64,000 nucleotides of DNA from Candidatus Sungiibacteriota bacterium. Its GTDB lineage: Bacteria; Patescibacteriota; Minisyncoccia; Sungbacterales; HO2-52-23. The notes under the pieces are model-generated. The model searched no databases. It was given only the letters and a program-made list of their open reading frames with translations, and was not told where the DNA came from. Each line of letters begins with the position of its first letter. The stretch's first letter is position 1. Shown piece by piece: positions 9,418-20,400 of the stretch. The position numbers were made by a program, and so were the translations under genes. Location: contig JACPBG010000003.1 of NCBI GenBank assembly GCA_016180435.1, forward strand, positions 13,791 to 77,790, in the 5' to 3' direction.

Positions 9418-10689
9418 ATGTTTAAAAAAATAACTCTTGACAATGGACTGCGCATAATTACCGCTCCCATGCAAGGTACTAACACCGTGACCACGTTGGT
9501 GCTTTGCGGCACGGGTTCGGATTATGAGTCGCAGGAAATAAGCGGGATTTCCCATTTTTTGGAGCACATGTTTTTCAAAGGCACTCAAAAACGTCCCCTT
9601 CCGACTGATATTACGCACGAGTTAGATAGCATGGGCTCGATTTCAAATGCTTTTACTTCGCACGAATTAACCGGATATTTCGTTAAAGCCGGGAAAGAAT
9701 ATTTAGATCGATCGTTTGATATTTTGTCGGATATTTATAAGAATTCGCTTTTGAACGAAGAGGAAATCGAAAGAGAAAAACAGGTGGTAGTTGAAGAAAT
9801 GCACAAAGACCGCGATAATCCCATGCTTTATATCTGGTGGGTGTGGGAGAAATTGCTTTACGGCGATCAACCGGCCGGTTGGGACGTGATTGGGACGGAA
9901 GAGGTTATAAGAAAATTAAAGCGCGAGGATTTTGTAAATTATTTTTTCCATCAGTATGTTGCATCCAATACGGCGATTGTGGTTGCGGGGAATTTTGAAG
10001 AAATATCCATGCAGAAGCGTATTGAAGAAATTTTTGGGGACATAAGGCATGATCCGCCGGTGCGCAAAAAAGCCGACTTTCGTGAGGGACAAAAAGATTC
10101 GGCGCTGGATATCCATTATAAAGAAACCGATCAGACTCATATTACTTTGGGGTTTCGGGGTTATGACGCCAATCATCCCCAGCGCTATGCCGCTGAATTG
10201 CTTGCCGCAATTCTGGGTGCGGGCATGTCCTCGCGCATGTTTACCGAAATTCGGGAACGATTAGGGTTGGCATATGCCGTATCTTCTGTTCATGAGTCAT
10301 ATTCAAACCGCGGTTATCTTGTGACTTACGCGGGTGTGGCGCACGAGAATGTGGAAAAAACAATTCGCGCAATTTTAGGAGAGTACGGGCGGCTTTGTGA
10401 AGAAAAAGTCAGCGATAAGGAGTTTAAAAAAGTTAAGGACTATATCCGTGGTACAACCCTGATCGCGCTTGAATCCTCTAACGCCGTGGCAAGTTTTGTG
10501 GGCGGAGAGGAGATGTTGACCGGCAAGCCCCTGACAATTGATGAAGTTTTTGCTAAGATAGACGCAGTAACACCCGATCAAATCTGCGCGATTGCCAAAG
10601 ACATCATGCGCCCGGAGAGGTTAAATCTTGCCATGATCGGGCCGTGGAGGGACAGCGCATCATTTATTAAGTTGCTTCGGGAATTTTAG
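9418..10689 (+). CDS. M16 family zinc peptidase
   Basis: Inverted zincin motif HFLEH, plus NAFTS and IRERLGLAY. Confidence 0.92.
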   Translation: MFKKITLDNGLRIITAPMQGTNTVTTLVLCGTGSDYESQEISGISHFLEHMFFKGTQKRPLPTDITHELDSMGSISNAFTSHELTGYFVKAGKEYLDRSFDILSDIYKNSLLNEEEIEREKQVVVEEMHKDRDNPMLYIWWVWEKLLYGDQPAGWDVIGTEEVIRKLKREDFVNYFFHQYVASNTAIVVAGNFEEISMQKRIEEIFGDIRHDPPVRKKADFREGQKDSALDIHYKETDQTHITLGFRGYDANHPQRYAAELLAAILGAGMSSRMFTEIRERLGLAYAVSSVHESYSNRGYLVTYAGVAHENVEKTIRAILGEYGRLCEEKVSDKEFKKVKDYIRGTTLIALESSNAVASFVGGEEMLTGKPLTIDEVFAKIDAVTPDQICAIAKDIMRPERLNLAMIGPWRDSASFIKLLREF

Positions 10690-10701
10690 TTTTTTAGGAA
10701 A

Positions 10702-11745
10702 ATGCCAAATAAAAATTTACAATCCATGCATATTTCTACCGGAACGATAATCCGCCTCTTTTTGATATTTTTTGGAATTATTTTAATTTATATCATCCGC
10801 GATATATTAACCTCGCTACTTTTTGCCGTGATTATCGCATCGGCCCTGGAGCCGTCAATTGAATGGTTGAAATCATACAAAGTTCCGCGCATTGCCGGAG
10901 TGGTGTTGATTTATGTTGCTATTGGCGCCATGCTTTTCTTTTCTCTTTATCTTGTTTTTCCGTTATTTTTTGATGAGTTCAAGGCGATTTCTTCGACATA
11001 TCCGTCTTTGCAAGACCGTTTGATTTCTGAACTTCAGCGCGTTGATATTTTGCCTTTTGGAGAATATTTACGCGGCAATGTAGAAGAGGTTATCCAAATA
11101 CCCGCGGGTTTTTTCGGGCAATTGAGCGGGGGCGTAATAAATTTCGCTTCAGCCGTATTTGGCGGGGTATTCTCTTTTTTTCTTATCATAATTTTTTCTT
11201 TTTATCTGGCGACGCAGGAAAAAGGAATTGAGAGTTTTTTGCGTCTGATCGCGCCGGTTGAATACGAGCCGTATTTAATAGATTTGTGGCATCGGTCGCA
11301 AAGAAAATTGGGGCGCTGGCTAAGGGCGCAGATGCTTCTGGGCGCGATTGTCGGTGTTTTAATATTTTTTGGGCTTACTATTCTGGGAGTCGAGCATGCC
11401 ATGTTTTTTGCGATGCTGGCAGCGCTATTTGAGGTTATTCCGGTGGTTGGGCCGATTTTGGCTGCGGTTCCTGCGGTTCTTGTATCGGTTTTTGTATCAC
11501 CCATGTTTGCGATATGGGTTGTTGTACTATACATCGCGGTTCAACAATTGGAGTCGCATGTGATTGTGCCTGTTGTTATGCGTACCACTATTGGTTTAAG
11601 TCCGTTGATCGTGGTGCTGGCTTTATTGATTGGCGCGAAATTGGGCGGGATTTTCGGGATTTTGCTTGCGGTGCCTTTGACCGCGATTGGGGCGGAGTTG
11701 ATTAATGATTGGGATAAAAAAAAGAGGGCGCTAATACCGGAGTAG
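10702..11745 (+). CDS. AI-2E family (PerM-like) transporter
   Basis: Multiple TM helices, IPVVGP and QQLESHVIVP motifs. Confidence 0.9.
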   Translation: MPNKNLQSMHISTGTIIRLFLIFFGIILIYIIRDILTSLLFAVIIASALEPSIEWLKSYKVPRIAGVVLIYVAIGAMLFFSLYLVFPLFFDEFKAISSTYPSLQDRLISELQRVDILPFGEYLRGNVEEVIQIPAGFFGQLSGGVINFASAVFGGVFSFFLIIIFSFYLATQEKGIESFLRLIAPVEYEPYLIDLWHRSQRKLGRWLRAQMLLGAIVGVLIFFGLTILGVEHAMFFAMLAALFEVIPVVGPILAAVPAVLVSVFVSPMFAIWVVVLYIAVQQLESHVIVPVVMRTTIGLSPLIVVLALLIGAKLGGIFGILLAVPLTAIGAELINDWDKKKRALIPE

Positions 11746-12028
11746 GGGCGGTATTCCTCGGTAATATGATTTTGAAACACATGCGGCCGTCCAGCGACGG
11801 CCGCATTAAGCATCCGGCGCGCGCCGAGCACTTAATTTATCAAAAATAGTTCCCGAGCTTGTCGAGGGACTACCTTTAGTGAAGTCAATACCGCAATCGT
11901 GGGTTGAGTGCTCGGACCATGCCGCGCGCCTTCTGATTGTTTCAAAATCACATCACCTCGACCGCCCCACTCTGATATTTTATTAAAAGAAGATTTGCTA
12001 AATGTAGCTCAACGGAAACGTTGAGCTA
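11745..12028 (+). repeat. Structured multibranch element, copy B
   Basis: Same junction motifs as copy A, with different but paired stems (ATGCGGCCGT-CCAGCG-ACGGCCGCAT). Confidence 0.85.
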
Positions 12029-12106
12029 TCGATTTTGTTTGACAATAGAATATGGGTAGTGTATCCTTATTTCAGAACTTTAGACATGAATTTATAGAGG
12101 CGAACA

Positions 12107-12304
12107 ATGTCCAGAGTTAAAAGAACTAGCACGGATAAGTTCGGAGAACACATTGACGAAATAATTAATCTTTTTCGCGGTGCCGATAAGAAAAAGTTGA
12201 AAGCCGCCACTGCGTCCAAAGATCCGGAAAAAATGATCGAAGCACTCGATGTTACAAAAAAAGAGTTAAAGGCGCTCCATGAAAGAGGAAGAAAGTTGTG
12301 TTGA
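12107..12304 (+). CDS. Small hypothetical protein
   Basis: 65 aa helical ORF with an upstream TTGACA and a GAGG RBS-like motif. Confidence 0.5.
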   Translation: MSRVKRTSTDKFGEHIDEIINLFRGADKKKLKAATASKDPEKMIEALDVTKKELKALHERGRKLC

Positions 12305-12383
12305 GTATTTTGAGCGAAACTTTTAAAGAACTGGCCCCCCCTGGTATTAGGTGAATCCATCAAGAAATAACTTGATGGAATTT

Positions 12384-12878
12384 TTATATGAGAAAATAAA
12401 CCGCGATTAAAAGAATGGCAAGTTGAAATGGGACGCCAATCAGGGGGTAGGGTCCGAGGCGGATTCGGGTGTGCATGCGATTATGGAAGCGGTGGACGGG
12501 TTCAAGAAATTTTAATCCGAGAATCGTATAAACTCCTTGTAAAAAATCAGGAAGGCAGCTGCCTACAGCGGCAAGTCCCATCCAAATTATGGTTTCAAAC
12601 GACACGGGTCCGACGATGAACCACATTAAAGCAAGTCCCAAAGTCCCGTCCAGTGACATTTTTATGAAATCCCCGCCAAACTTCGGATGGCGAATACTGA
12701 TTTTTTTTACATTCGTCGATTCATCTCTTTCGGGCGAGTGAAGTTCATAATCCCAATGAGGGATGGCATCGGATAGATAGTGTGTTGCGAGTGCAATAAC
12801 AAAAGTAAGCGCAGGATGGACATGCGCGATAGGCCGGGTTATGGCGGCGGCAATGGCTATATGGGTGGTAAGGGTCAT
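12384..12878 (-). CDS. Membrane protein, possible metal-dependent hydrolase (YdjM-like)
   Basis: THIA...HYLSDAIPHWD...LPD...FH motifs with TM helices. Confidence 0.7.
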   Translation of the reverse strand: MTLTTHIAIAAAITRPIAHVHPALTFVIALATHYLSDAIPHWDYELHSPERDESTNVKKISIRHPKFGGDFIKMSLDGTLGLALMWFIVGPVSFETIIWMGLAAVGSCLPDFLQGVYTILGLKFLEPVHRFHNRMHTRIRLGPYPLIGVPFQLAILLIAVYFLI

Positions 12879-12965
12879 GAAGACAAATTTTCAATTTTTA
12901 ATTATCAATTTCCAAACAAATAAAGTATAACATTATTAGATAAAAAAAGAAGCGCTGGTGGGCGC

Positions 12966-13427
12966 TTAGATTTTTTTATTGAGGCGGGCCCTGATTCTGA
13001 GAAGATCGATATCGTTGTCTATGCGGCGTAAGAAGAGTTTGTTGTCTCTAATTTCGGTCGGGTATCGTGCTTCGTCGGGGAAGAGAATGATGATTGCTAT
13101 GCTATTTTCTGAGATCTTTTTGAGTGTCGCATGCAGATAGGAATCGCTAACGAGAATATCCAGCTGTTCCCGACAATCTTCGGGCTGGATTTTATCGGAG
13201 CAACTGAATTGACCCGTTTCCAGCAGTGCTTTACGATTCCTGTCTATTTTTATGGATTGAACCCCCTTTTCTTTTACTTCCCGAATAATCCTATTTGCTG
13301 CGATTTCTGGCGACGAGGTTGATTGCGAATGCCGTGAAACGATATCTATTGGAAAGAGTGCTCCTAGAAAGAAAGATAGAATAAATATTCCGGCAAAGGC
13401 GAGATAGCACCTGGTATGATTGTTCAT
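12966..13427 (-). CDS. Hypothetical protein with N-terminal TM or signal segment
   Basis: Hydrophobic N-terminus and GAGGAG upstream on the minus strand. Confidence 0.55.
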   Translation of the reverse strand: MNNHTRCYLAFAGIFILSFFLGALFPIDIVSRHSQSTSSPEIAANRIIREVKEKGVQSIKIDRNRKALLETGQFSCSDKIQPEDCREQLDILVSDSYLHATLKKISENSIAIIILFPDEARYPTEIRDNKLFLRRIDNDIDLLRIRARLNKKI

Positions 13428-13478
13428 AAAACTCCTCAATTTGAAGGAACGATAAGATATATGTATCATAAAGCTATT

Positions 13479-14972
13479 ATGCCGTCAAGCGAAAAGGAAA
13501 CTTTCTATATAACCACCACCCTGCCTTATGTAAATGCGGATCCGCATATCGGGTTTGCTTTGGAAATTATTCAGGCCGATGTGATCGCGCGGTATAAGCG
13601 TCAGCAGGGGTATGATGTAATATTTAATACAGGCACGGATGAGCACGGGTTAAAAATTTATCGCAGGGCGCTTGAAGAAAAAAAAGATCCGCAAAAATAC
13701 GTGGACGAACTTGCTCCGCGATTTGAACGCCTGAAATCCGCGCTTAATTTAAGTTACACCCATTTTATCCGCACCACCGATCCGCATCACAAGCTCGCGG
13801 CACAGGAATTTTGGAAACGGTGCCGGGCCGCGGGTGATATATATAAAGCGGCGTATCATACCAAATATTGCGTGGGATGCGAGCTTGAAAAGACCGACTC
13901 CGAACTTGAAGATGATCGCTGTCCCGTCCATCCCAATCTGCAAGTTGAGATAATTGAAGAAGAGAATTATTTTTTCAGATTTTCCAAATATGAAAAACCG
14001 CTTCTCGGATTCTTCGCAGAGAATTCAAAATTCGTACTTCCGGAACACCGTTTTAACGAGGTTAAAAATTTTGTGGCTTCGGGTCTGCGTGATTTCAGTA
14101 TTTCGCGCCGATCCGAGAAAATGCCATGGGGCGTTTCGGTCCCGGATGATCCGGAGCATGTTATGTATGTCTGGTTTGATGCTCTGGTAAATTACATTTC
14201 CACCCTGGGCTGGCCGGAAGATAGGGTAAATTTTAGCGCATACTGGCCGGGCATGCAGGTTGCGGGAAAAGACAATTTGAGGCAGCAGGCCGCTATGTGG
14301 CAGGCTATGCTTTTGTCTGCGGGGATTCCCAATTCAAAACAGATTTTTATCCACGGATTCATTACGGTAGACGGAGAGAAGATGTCAAAGTCCCGCGGAA
14401 ATGTAATTGATCCGGCGGAGCTTGTTCAAAAATATAGCACAGATTCAGTTCGATATTATCTGCTGCGTGAAATTCCGTCCGGCGAGGACGGGGACTTTTC
14501 ATATAAAAAATTTGAAGATAGATACAACGGGGATTTAGCCAATGGACTGGGGAACCTGGTCGCAAGAGTTGTAACGCTTGCGACCAAAGTCAAAAGTCCC
14601 GCCAGGGGCGAGGCTCGCTTGAGGCGGCAAAAACCAAAAGCCAAAACCGAAGTTCAAAATATAAAATTAATCCCTGAACTGAAAAATGTAAAAGAAAATT
14701 ATGAAAAGGCGATGGAGGAGGTACGGCTGATTGAGGCGCTGGAAGAAGTATGGAAATTAATTCATATAGCGGATAAATATGTGAATGAAGAAAAACCATG
14801 GGAAAATAAAAAGCCGGAAGTGATTTCCGATCTTTTGTTTCTGATTCTTGAAATCGCGTCTTTGCTTAACCCGTTTTTGCCCGAAACCGTGGAAAAAATA
14901 AGGGAACAGATAAAAATTGCCGACGGTCAATTTGAGATAAAAAAAAGCGAAAATTTGTTTCCACGGCTATGA
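13479..14972 (+). CDS. metG: Methionyl-tRNA synthetase
   Basis: PHIGFA (HIGH-like), GTDEHG, YVWFDAL and KMSKS motifs. Confidence 0.95.
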   Translation: MPSSEKETFYITTTLPYVNADPHIGFALEIIQADVIARYKRQQGYDVIFNTGTDEHGLKIYRRALEEKKDPQKYVDELAPRFERLKSALNLSYTHFIRTTDPHHKLAAQEFWKRCRAAGDIYKAAYHTKYCVGCELEKTDSELEDDRCPVHPNLQVEIIEEENYFFRFSKYEKPLLGFFAENSKFVLPEHRFNEVKNFVASGLRDFSISRRSEKMPWGVSVPDDPEHVMYVWFDALVNYISTLGWPEDRVNFSAYWPGMQVAGKDNLRQQAAMWQAMLLSAGIPNSKQIFIHGFITVDGEKMSKSRGNVIDPAELVQKYSTDSVRYYLLREIPSGEDGDFSYKKFEDRYNGDLANGLGNLVARVVTLATKVKSPARGEARLRRQKPKAKTEVQNIKLIPELKNVKENYEKAMEEVRLIEALEEVWKLIHIADKYVNEEKPWENKKPEVISDLLFLILEIASLLNPFLPETVEKIREQIKIADGQFEIKKSENLFPRL

Positions 14973-15152
14973 TTTTTTGGATCGTCCAGTGGCGTATCTG
15001 TGCCGATCGATGTGGGTACGTTTGGCTTTGAATTTTTGTTCCAGCTCGTAATTCCTGCAGTAATTGCACACTGTGTTTGGCCAGCGACACCTACATTTTT
15101 GGTCATTAAGCTTATCTTGCGCAGCAGATAAATTATGAGACATGATTATCAC
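14967..15152 (-). CDS. Small Cys-rich hypothetical protein
   Basis: CRC...CNYC pattern. A TTGACG...TATCAA promoter-like sequence lies upstream on the minus strand. Confidence 0.35.
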   Translation of the reverse strand: MIIMSHNLSAAQDKLNDQKCRCRWPNTVCNYCRNYELEQKFKAKRTHIDRHRYATGRSKKS

Positions 15153-15271
15153 TTTTAAAAAACTTATTCTATTGATAGCACGGGGGCTATATTTACGTCA
15201 AGCATTAAGGGTTAATAAAAAAGCGGAAATTTGTTTCCGCTATTATGGCGTTTATTTCCGCTGTTGTAAAA

Positions 15272-15526
15272 CTATCGGAGTATTTTGATCGTTTTTGGTA
15301 CTTCGTGCGAGAAAGTATACATTGCCTTGCATTCCAGGCATTGTACCACTATGTACCCTACGTACTCTACGTAATGTTTGGGGGAGATGAAGGAGAAGGT
15401 CGTTTCCACGGCATGCCGGTGACTTGGTGCGCCGTCGCAATAATAGCGACCACCATTTTTGGAAACCACCTCTGCTTTTACGACAAATTGTGATATGTCG
15501 TTCGGTACGAAAAGGGGACGTGCCAT
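15272..15526 (-). CDS. Small hypothetical protein, possibly Zn-binding
   Basis: C..H.H...CLEC pattern. Followed on the minus strand by a hairpin and T-run (15217-15241). Confidence 0.5.
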   Translation of the reverse strand: MARPLFVPNDISQFVVKAEVVSKNGGRYYCDGAPSHRHAVETTFSFISPKHYVEYVGYIVVQCLECKAMYTFSHEVPKTIKILR

Positions 15527-15577
15527 CTTTTTACTCCAGTATAAGATCTGGGATTAGTTTATCAGAAGACCATAATC

Positions 15578-16459
15578 ATGTCAACTCTAAAGTTATTTGA
15601 TGTCCATACTCATACTCAATTTGCCGCATTTAAGGATGAAATCGATGTGGTGATTAAACGCGCGCTGGACGCCGGGATCTGGTTGGTAAATGTGGGAACC
15701 CAGCGCGATACTTCGGCCAAGGCAGTTGAAATAGCGAATAAATATTCGGAGGGAGTATATGCAACAGTCGGGCTTCATCCTATTCATACGGAAAAGTCAT
15801 TCCACGACGAAAAAGAATTGGGTGCGTTAGTGTTCTCTAATTCGCGCGAATTAGAGAATAAGAACTTGCCTGGATTTTTAAGTCGAGCAGAAGAATTTGA
15901 TTATGAGTATTACAAAAAATTAGCCGAAGATCCGAAAGTTGTTGCGATCGGGGAGTGCGGGCTGGACTATTATAGAACTAAGAATTTAGAACTTAGAACT
16001 AAGCAGTTTGATACTTTTAAAAAACAGATTGAGTTGGCGGTTGAATTAAAAAAACCATTGATGATTCATTGCCGTAACGCCTTTGAAGATTTGATCGACA
16101 TTCTACAAACTACAAACTATAAACTAAAATCCGGTATAATACATTTTTTCTCCGGTACCGTAGAAGATGCGCGAAAACTTTTGGATCTCGGATTTTCATT
16201 TTCTTTCGGTGGTGTTATAACGTTTACCCGAGATTACGATGAAGTCGTGAAATATATGCCACTGGAGCGAATCTTGCTGGAGACCGATGCGCCATATGTG
16301 GCACCGGTTCCATATCGCGGGAAACGCAATGAACCATTGTATGTTGTGGAAGTAGCAAAAAAAATAGCGGAGCTTAAAGCCGTTGCGCCAGGCGATATAG
16401 AAAGAATTACAACCGAAAACGCCTTGAAAATATTCGGAATAAAAAATGACCGCGATTAG
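15578..16459 (+). CDS. tatD: TatD family hydrolase
   Basis: DVHTH, GLHP, IGECGLDY, IHCR and LLETDAPY motifs. Confidence 0.95.
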   Translation: MSTLKLFDVHTHTQFAAFKDEIDVVIKRALDAGIWLVNVGTQRDTSAKAVEIANKYSEGVYATVGLHPIHTEKSFHDEKELGALVFSNSRELENKNLPGFLSRAEEFDYEYYKKLAEDPKVVAIGECGLDYYRTKNLELRTKQFDTFKKQIELAVELKKPLMIHCRNAFEDLIDILQTTNYKLKSGIIHFFSGTVEDARKLLDLGFSFSFGGVITFTRDYDEVVKYMPLERILLETDAPYVAPVPYRGKRNEPLYVVEVAKKIAELKAVAPGDIERITTENALKIFGIKNDRD

Positions 16460-16466
16460 TGCGGTC

Positions 16467-17387
16467 TTATTCGTATACATATGTTAGCCAGCGCGAGTAT
16501 TCCGGATGTTTCCCGCGCACCACCTCGGCGTAAAGATTCGCAAACTGCGTAGTAACTTTATCCGATTTGCTGGTCCATGGGGTAATTTGCCCCATGGATT
16601 CGCGTTGGATTTCAACAACCAGAAGAACTTCCATGGCGGTGCCGCAAAGAAACACCTCATCGCTTTTGAAAAGCGCCTCCGGCGTGATCAATGTCTCCTC
16701 TACGCGGTAGCCGTAGTCACGCGCCAGTACCAGGATCGTTTGTCGCGTAACCCCGTCTAATATTGATCCTTTTGACGGCGTATATATATTTCCGTTTGTA
16801 ACCATAAAAATATTTTCTGCAGATCCTTCGGCAACCATTCCCATCCAATCCAGAAGTATGGCTTCGTCGAATCCGGAATCCAGAGCATCGCGAAGCGCCA
16901 AAATTGAGTTTACGTAGTGCCCGCTGATTTTTGCTTCAACGTGGGTGCTTCGCGGGTCAATTCGCAGATATTTTGAAATTTTGGCGCGGATTTGTTCGTG
17001 TTCCAAGCGTTTGTTCCAGGAAAATACGGCAATCGCGACATCAGTTTTTTCTCCGAGGCGTAGTCCCAGGCGTTCTTCTCCGTACCAAGCGATTGGGCGA
17101 ATATATCCTTCGCGGAGTCCGCTTTTTTTGATCAGTTCTTTTATGGCATCCGTGAGTACTTCCGGCGAATAGCGCAGGATCATATATGCTTTGCGCTGGG
17201 AATAGTCAAAACGCTCCAGGTGCTTATCGAGCCGGAAAATAGCCGGACCGCGTTCTTCGGTGTCGTAAAAGCGTATTCCTTCAAATACTCCCATGCCGTA
17301 ATGAAGCCCCTGGCAGAAAATATTGGTTTTGGCATTTCGTCCGTCTATGATCTTGCCATTTTTCCAGACGTATTTTGAAAGCACCAC
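16467..17387 (-). CDS. ilvE: Branched-chain amino acid aminotransferase
   Basis: LHYGMGVFEG, AKISGHY, EGSAEN, ILDGVTR and EVFLCGT motifs. Confidence 0.93.
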   Translation of the reverse strand: MVLSKYVWKNGKIIDGRNAKTNIFCQGLHYGMGVFEGIRFYDTEERGPAIFRLDKHLERFDYSQRKAYMILRYSPEVLTDAIKELIKKSGLREGYIRPIAWYGEERLGLRLGEKTDVAIAVFSWNKRLEHEQIRAKISKYLRIDPRSTHVEAKISGHYVNSILALRDALDSGFDEAILLDWMGMVAEGSAENIFMVTNGNIYTPSKGSILDGVTRQTILVLARDYGYRVEETLITPEALFKSDEVFLCGTAMEVLLVVEIQRESMGQITPWTSKSDKVTTQFANLYAEVVRGKHPEYSRWLTYVYE

Positions 17388-17497
17388 AGCCGTTCCTTAT
17401 GAAAGATCTTCAATATCTTTATACTCTGGCGCCGAAATTTAGGCAAATCGTTTTCTTGCGAAATGGATTTTTTTCGGTTATAATCGAATTATAATTT

Positions 17498-20400
17498 ATG
17501 CGCTATTTTCCCCACAAAATAGAAAAAAAGTGGCAAAAAATTTGGCTGAAAATGGAAATCTATGAACCCGACATCAAGAAAACCAAAAAGCCGTTTTATA
17601 ATTTAATGATGTTTCCGTATCCTTCCGCCGAAGGACTGCATGTTGGGAATATGTACGCGTTTACCGGCGCGGATATTTATGGTCGTTTTATGCGGATGCG
17701 GGGGCGTGATGTTTTTGAGCCGATCGGCCTTGATGGTTTCGGGATCCATTCGGAAAATTTTGCCATGAAAATTGGGAGGCACCCGGCGGATCAGGCCAAA
17801 ATTTCGGAGAAAAATTTTTACCGTCAGCTTGAGGCGCTTGGAAACGGGTTTGCTTGGTGTGAACGGCTTGAAACATATAACCCCGAATATTATAAATGGA
17901 CCCAATGGATTTTTGTGCAAATGTTTAAACGCGGCCTTGCCTATCGCAAAAAGCAGGCAGTGAATTGGTGTCCCAACTGCAAAACAGTGCTTGCGGATGA
18001 GCAGGTCATACAGAAATCCGAAATCCGAAATCCGAAATCCGAAACAAATTCGAAATTCGAAATTCCCGCCGGAGGCGAGGCTCGCTCGGGGCGGCAAAAT
18101 TCAAAACAAAAAATCACGATTGGCGTATGCGAACGATGCGATACGCCGGTGATTAAAAAAGAACTGGAGCAATGGTTTTTCAAAATAACGGATTATGCCG
18201 AGCGGCTTCTCGGAAATCTTGCAAAACTTGATTGGTCGGAGCGCGTCAAAATCGCGCAAAAAAACTGGATCGGGAAATCCGAGGGCGCTTTAATCAAATT
18301 TCCAATTTCCAATTTCCAATTTCCAATTAAGGATCTTGATTTTGTATTTATCCATGGATATAAAGGCGATTCACGGGATATTTTTTGGCCATGGTTTAGA
18401 AAAGAAATCGAACGTAGAGGCGCTAAGGTCTTTGCCCCCGACTTGCCCAATTCAGATGCGCCTAATATAAATGAACAGGTTCAATATGTTTTAAAGCAAC
18501 ATTCATTTAGCGAAAAGACCGTTATTGTGACTCACTCTTTGGGGGGCGTGGTTGCTATGAAATTATTGCCTTTATTGCACGATAAAATAGAACGGCTTTT
18601 GCTGGTGGCACCGCCTCTTCGGACGGAATTTCTGGATGGAAAAAAACGCCCGGCTTTAGAGGACGCTTGTGATTGGAAATTCAATTTTAATGAAATTAAA
18701 AAACACGCGAGGAATATTAGTGTTTTAGCAGATACGGAAGATCATGTTGTGTCCTTGGATCAACTCGTAGAAATTGCCGGACAGCTTAATGCCAGATTAC
18801 GGAAAACTGTGGCGAGTGCCCCGCATTTTAGAGAAATTGTAGAGCCGGAAATCGTAAACGAATTGTTTCCGGAAATTGAGATTTTTACCACGCGGCCGGA
18901 CACGCTTTTTGGAGCAACGTACCTCGTACTCTCGCCAGAGTACGAGGAAATTTCCAATTTCCAATTTCCAATTTCCAATCGCGGGGAAGTTGACGAATAT
19001 ATTAAAAATACGAAAGCTAAAACCGAGGAGGAAAGAATTTCCGAAGGCAGAGAAAAAACCGGAGTTGAATTAAAAGGAATAAAAGTTATAAATCCGGTAA
19101 ACGGCGAGGAAATCCCGGTGTGGGTTGCGGATTATGTTTTGGGCGGAGTGGGGATGGGCGCTATTATGGCGGTTCCGGCGCATGATGAGCGCGATTTTGA
19201 GTTCGCGAAAAAACACGATTTGCCGATTAAGACAGTCGTCGAATCATTCTACATTCAAAAAGAGGAACCGGGCGTATATAGAGAAAATGAATCAATCGTA
19301 CCGCGGGACGGGATAATTACAATTATCAAGCATTGGTCTGAAGATAAATATATTGGTCTTAAATGGAAAAAGGTTGCCTGGGGAACATTTCTTACGGGTG
19401 GCATAGAGAAAGGGCAAACCGCGGAACAGGCCGGAGTTGCTGAAATTTTGGAAGAAACAGGATATCTTCACCCCAAGTTTATTCGAGAACTTGGCATAAC
19501 GCACGGGCTTTTTTATCACGTTCCCAAAAAAGAGAATCGTCTTGTGCATGCACATATTCTCTATTTTGAATTGCAGGATGGGGCCCGGACCGAGATATCC
19601 GAAAAAGAGCAAGAGATTCATGATATAAAATGGTTGACTCTAAAAGAGCTTAAATCTTTCCTTACCCCCGCTACTCATACTTATGCCCTTGATTTATTTA
19701 GGGAGGGAATAAAAGTATATACGGGCGGGGGAATTCTTTGTAATTCCGGAGAATTCAACGGTATGGATTCAGAAAAGGCCAAATTGGAAATTACGAAATT
19801 CGTCTGCGGAGAGCGTAAAATTCAGTATCGCTTGCGGGATTGGTTGATTTCGCGACAAAGGTATTGGGGACCTCCAATTCCAATGATTTTTTGCGAGAGC
19901 TGCAAAAAATCACTGGAAAATTCCAAATTCTCGAAAGGAGAATTAGAAAATCCCGGATGGACAGCGGTGCCGGAAAAGGATTTGCCGGTAAAATTGCCGT
20001 ATGTGAAAAATTTCCGGCCGACCGGTACGGACAAATCACCCCTTGCCACTGTTAAAAAATTTTACAAAGTTCGCTGTCCCAAATGTAAATCTTGGGCTCG
20101 TAGGGAAACCGATGTTTCGGACACTTTCCTGGATTCGGCATGGTATTATTTACGCTATCCGAGCGTAAAAATGCAAAATTCAAAAATCAAAATGCAAAAT
20201 GAAAATTCAAAATCTAAAAATATAGAAATTCCTTGGAATTCGGAAATTACTAAAAAATGGACACCGGTGAACATGTACATAGGCGGAGCAGAACATTCTG
20301 TGCTTCATCTTCTTTACTCTCGTTTTTTAGCAATGGCGTTTAAGGATTGGGGATTGACGCATTTTGAAGAACCATTCACAAAATTTCGCGCGCATGGGCT

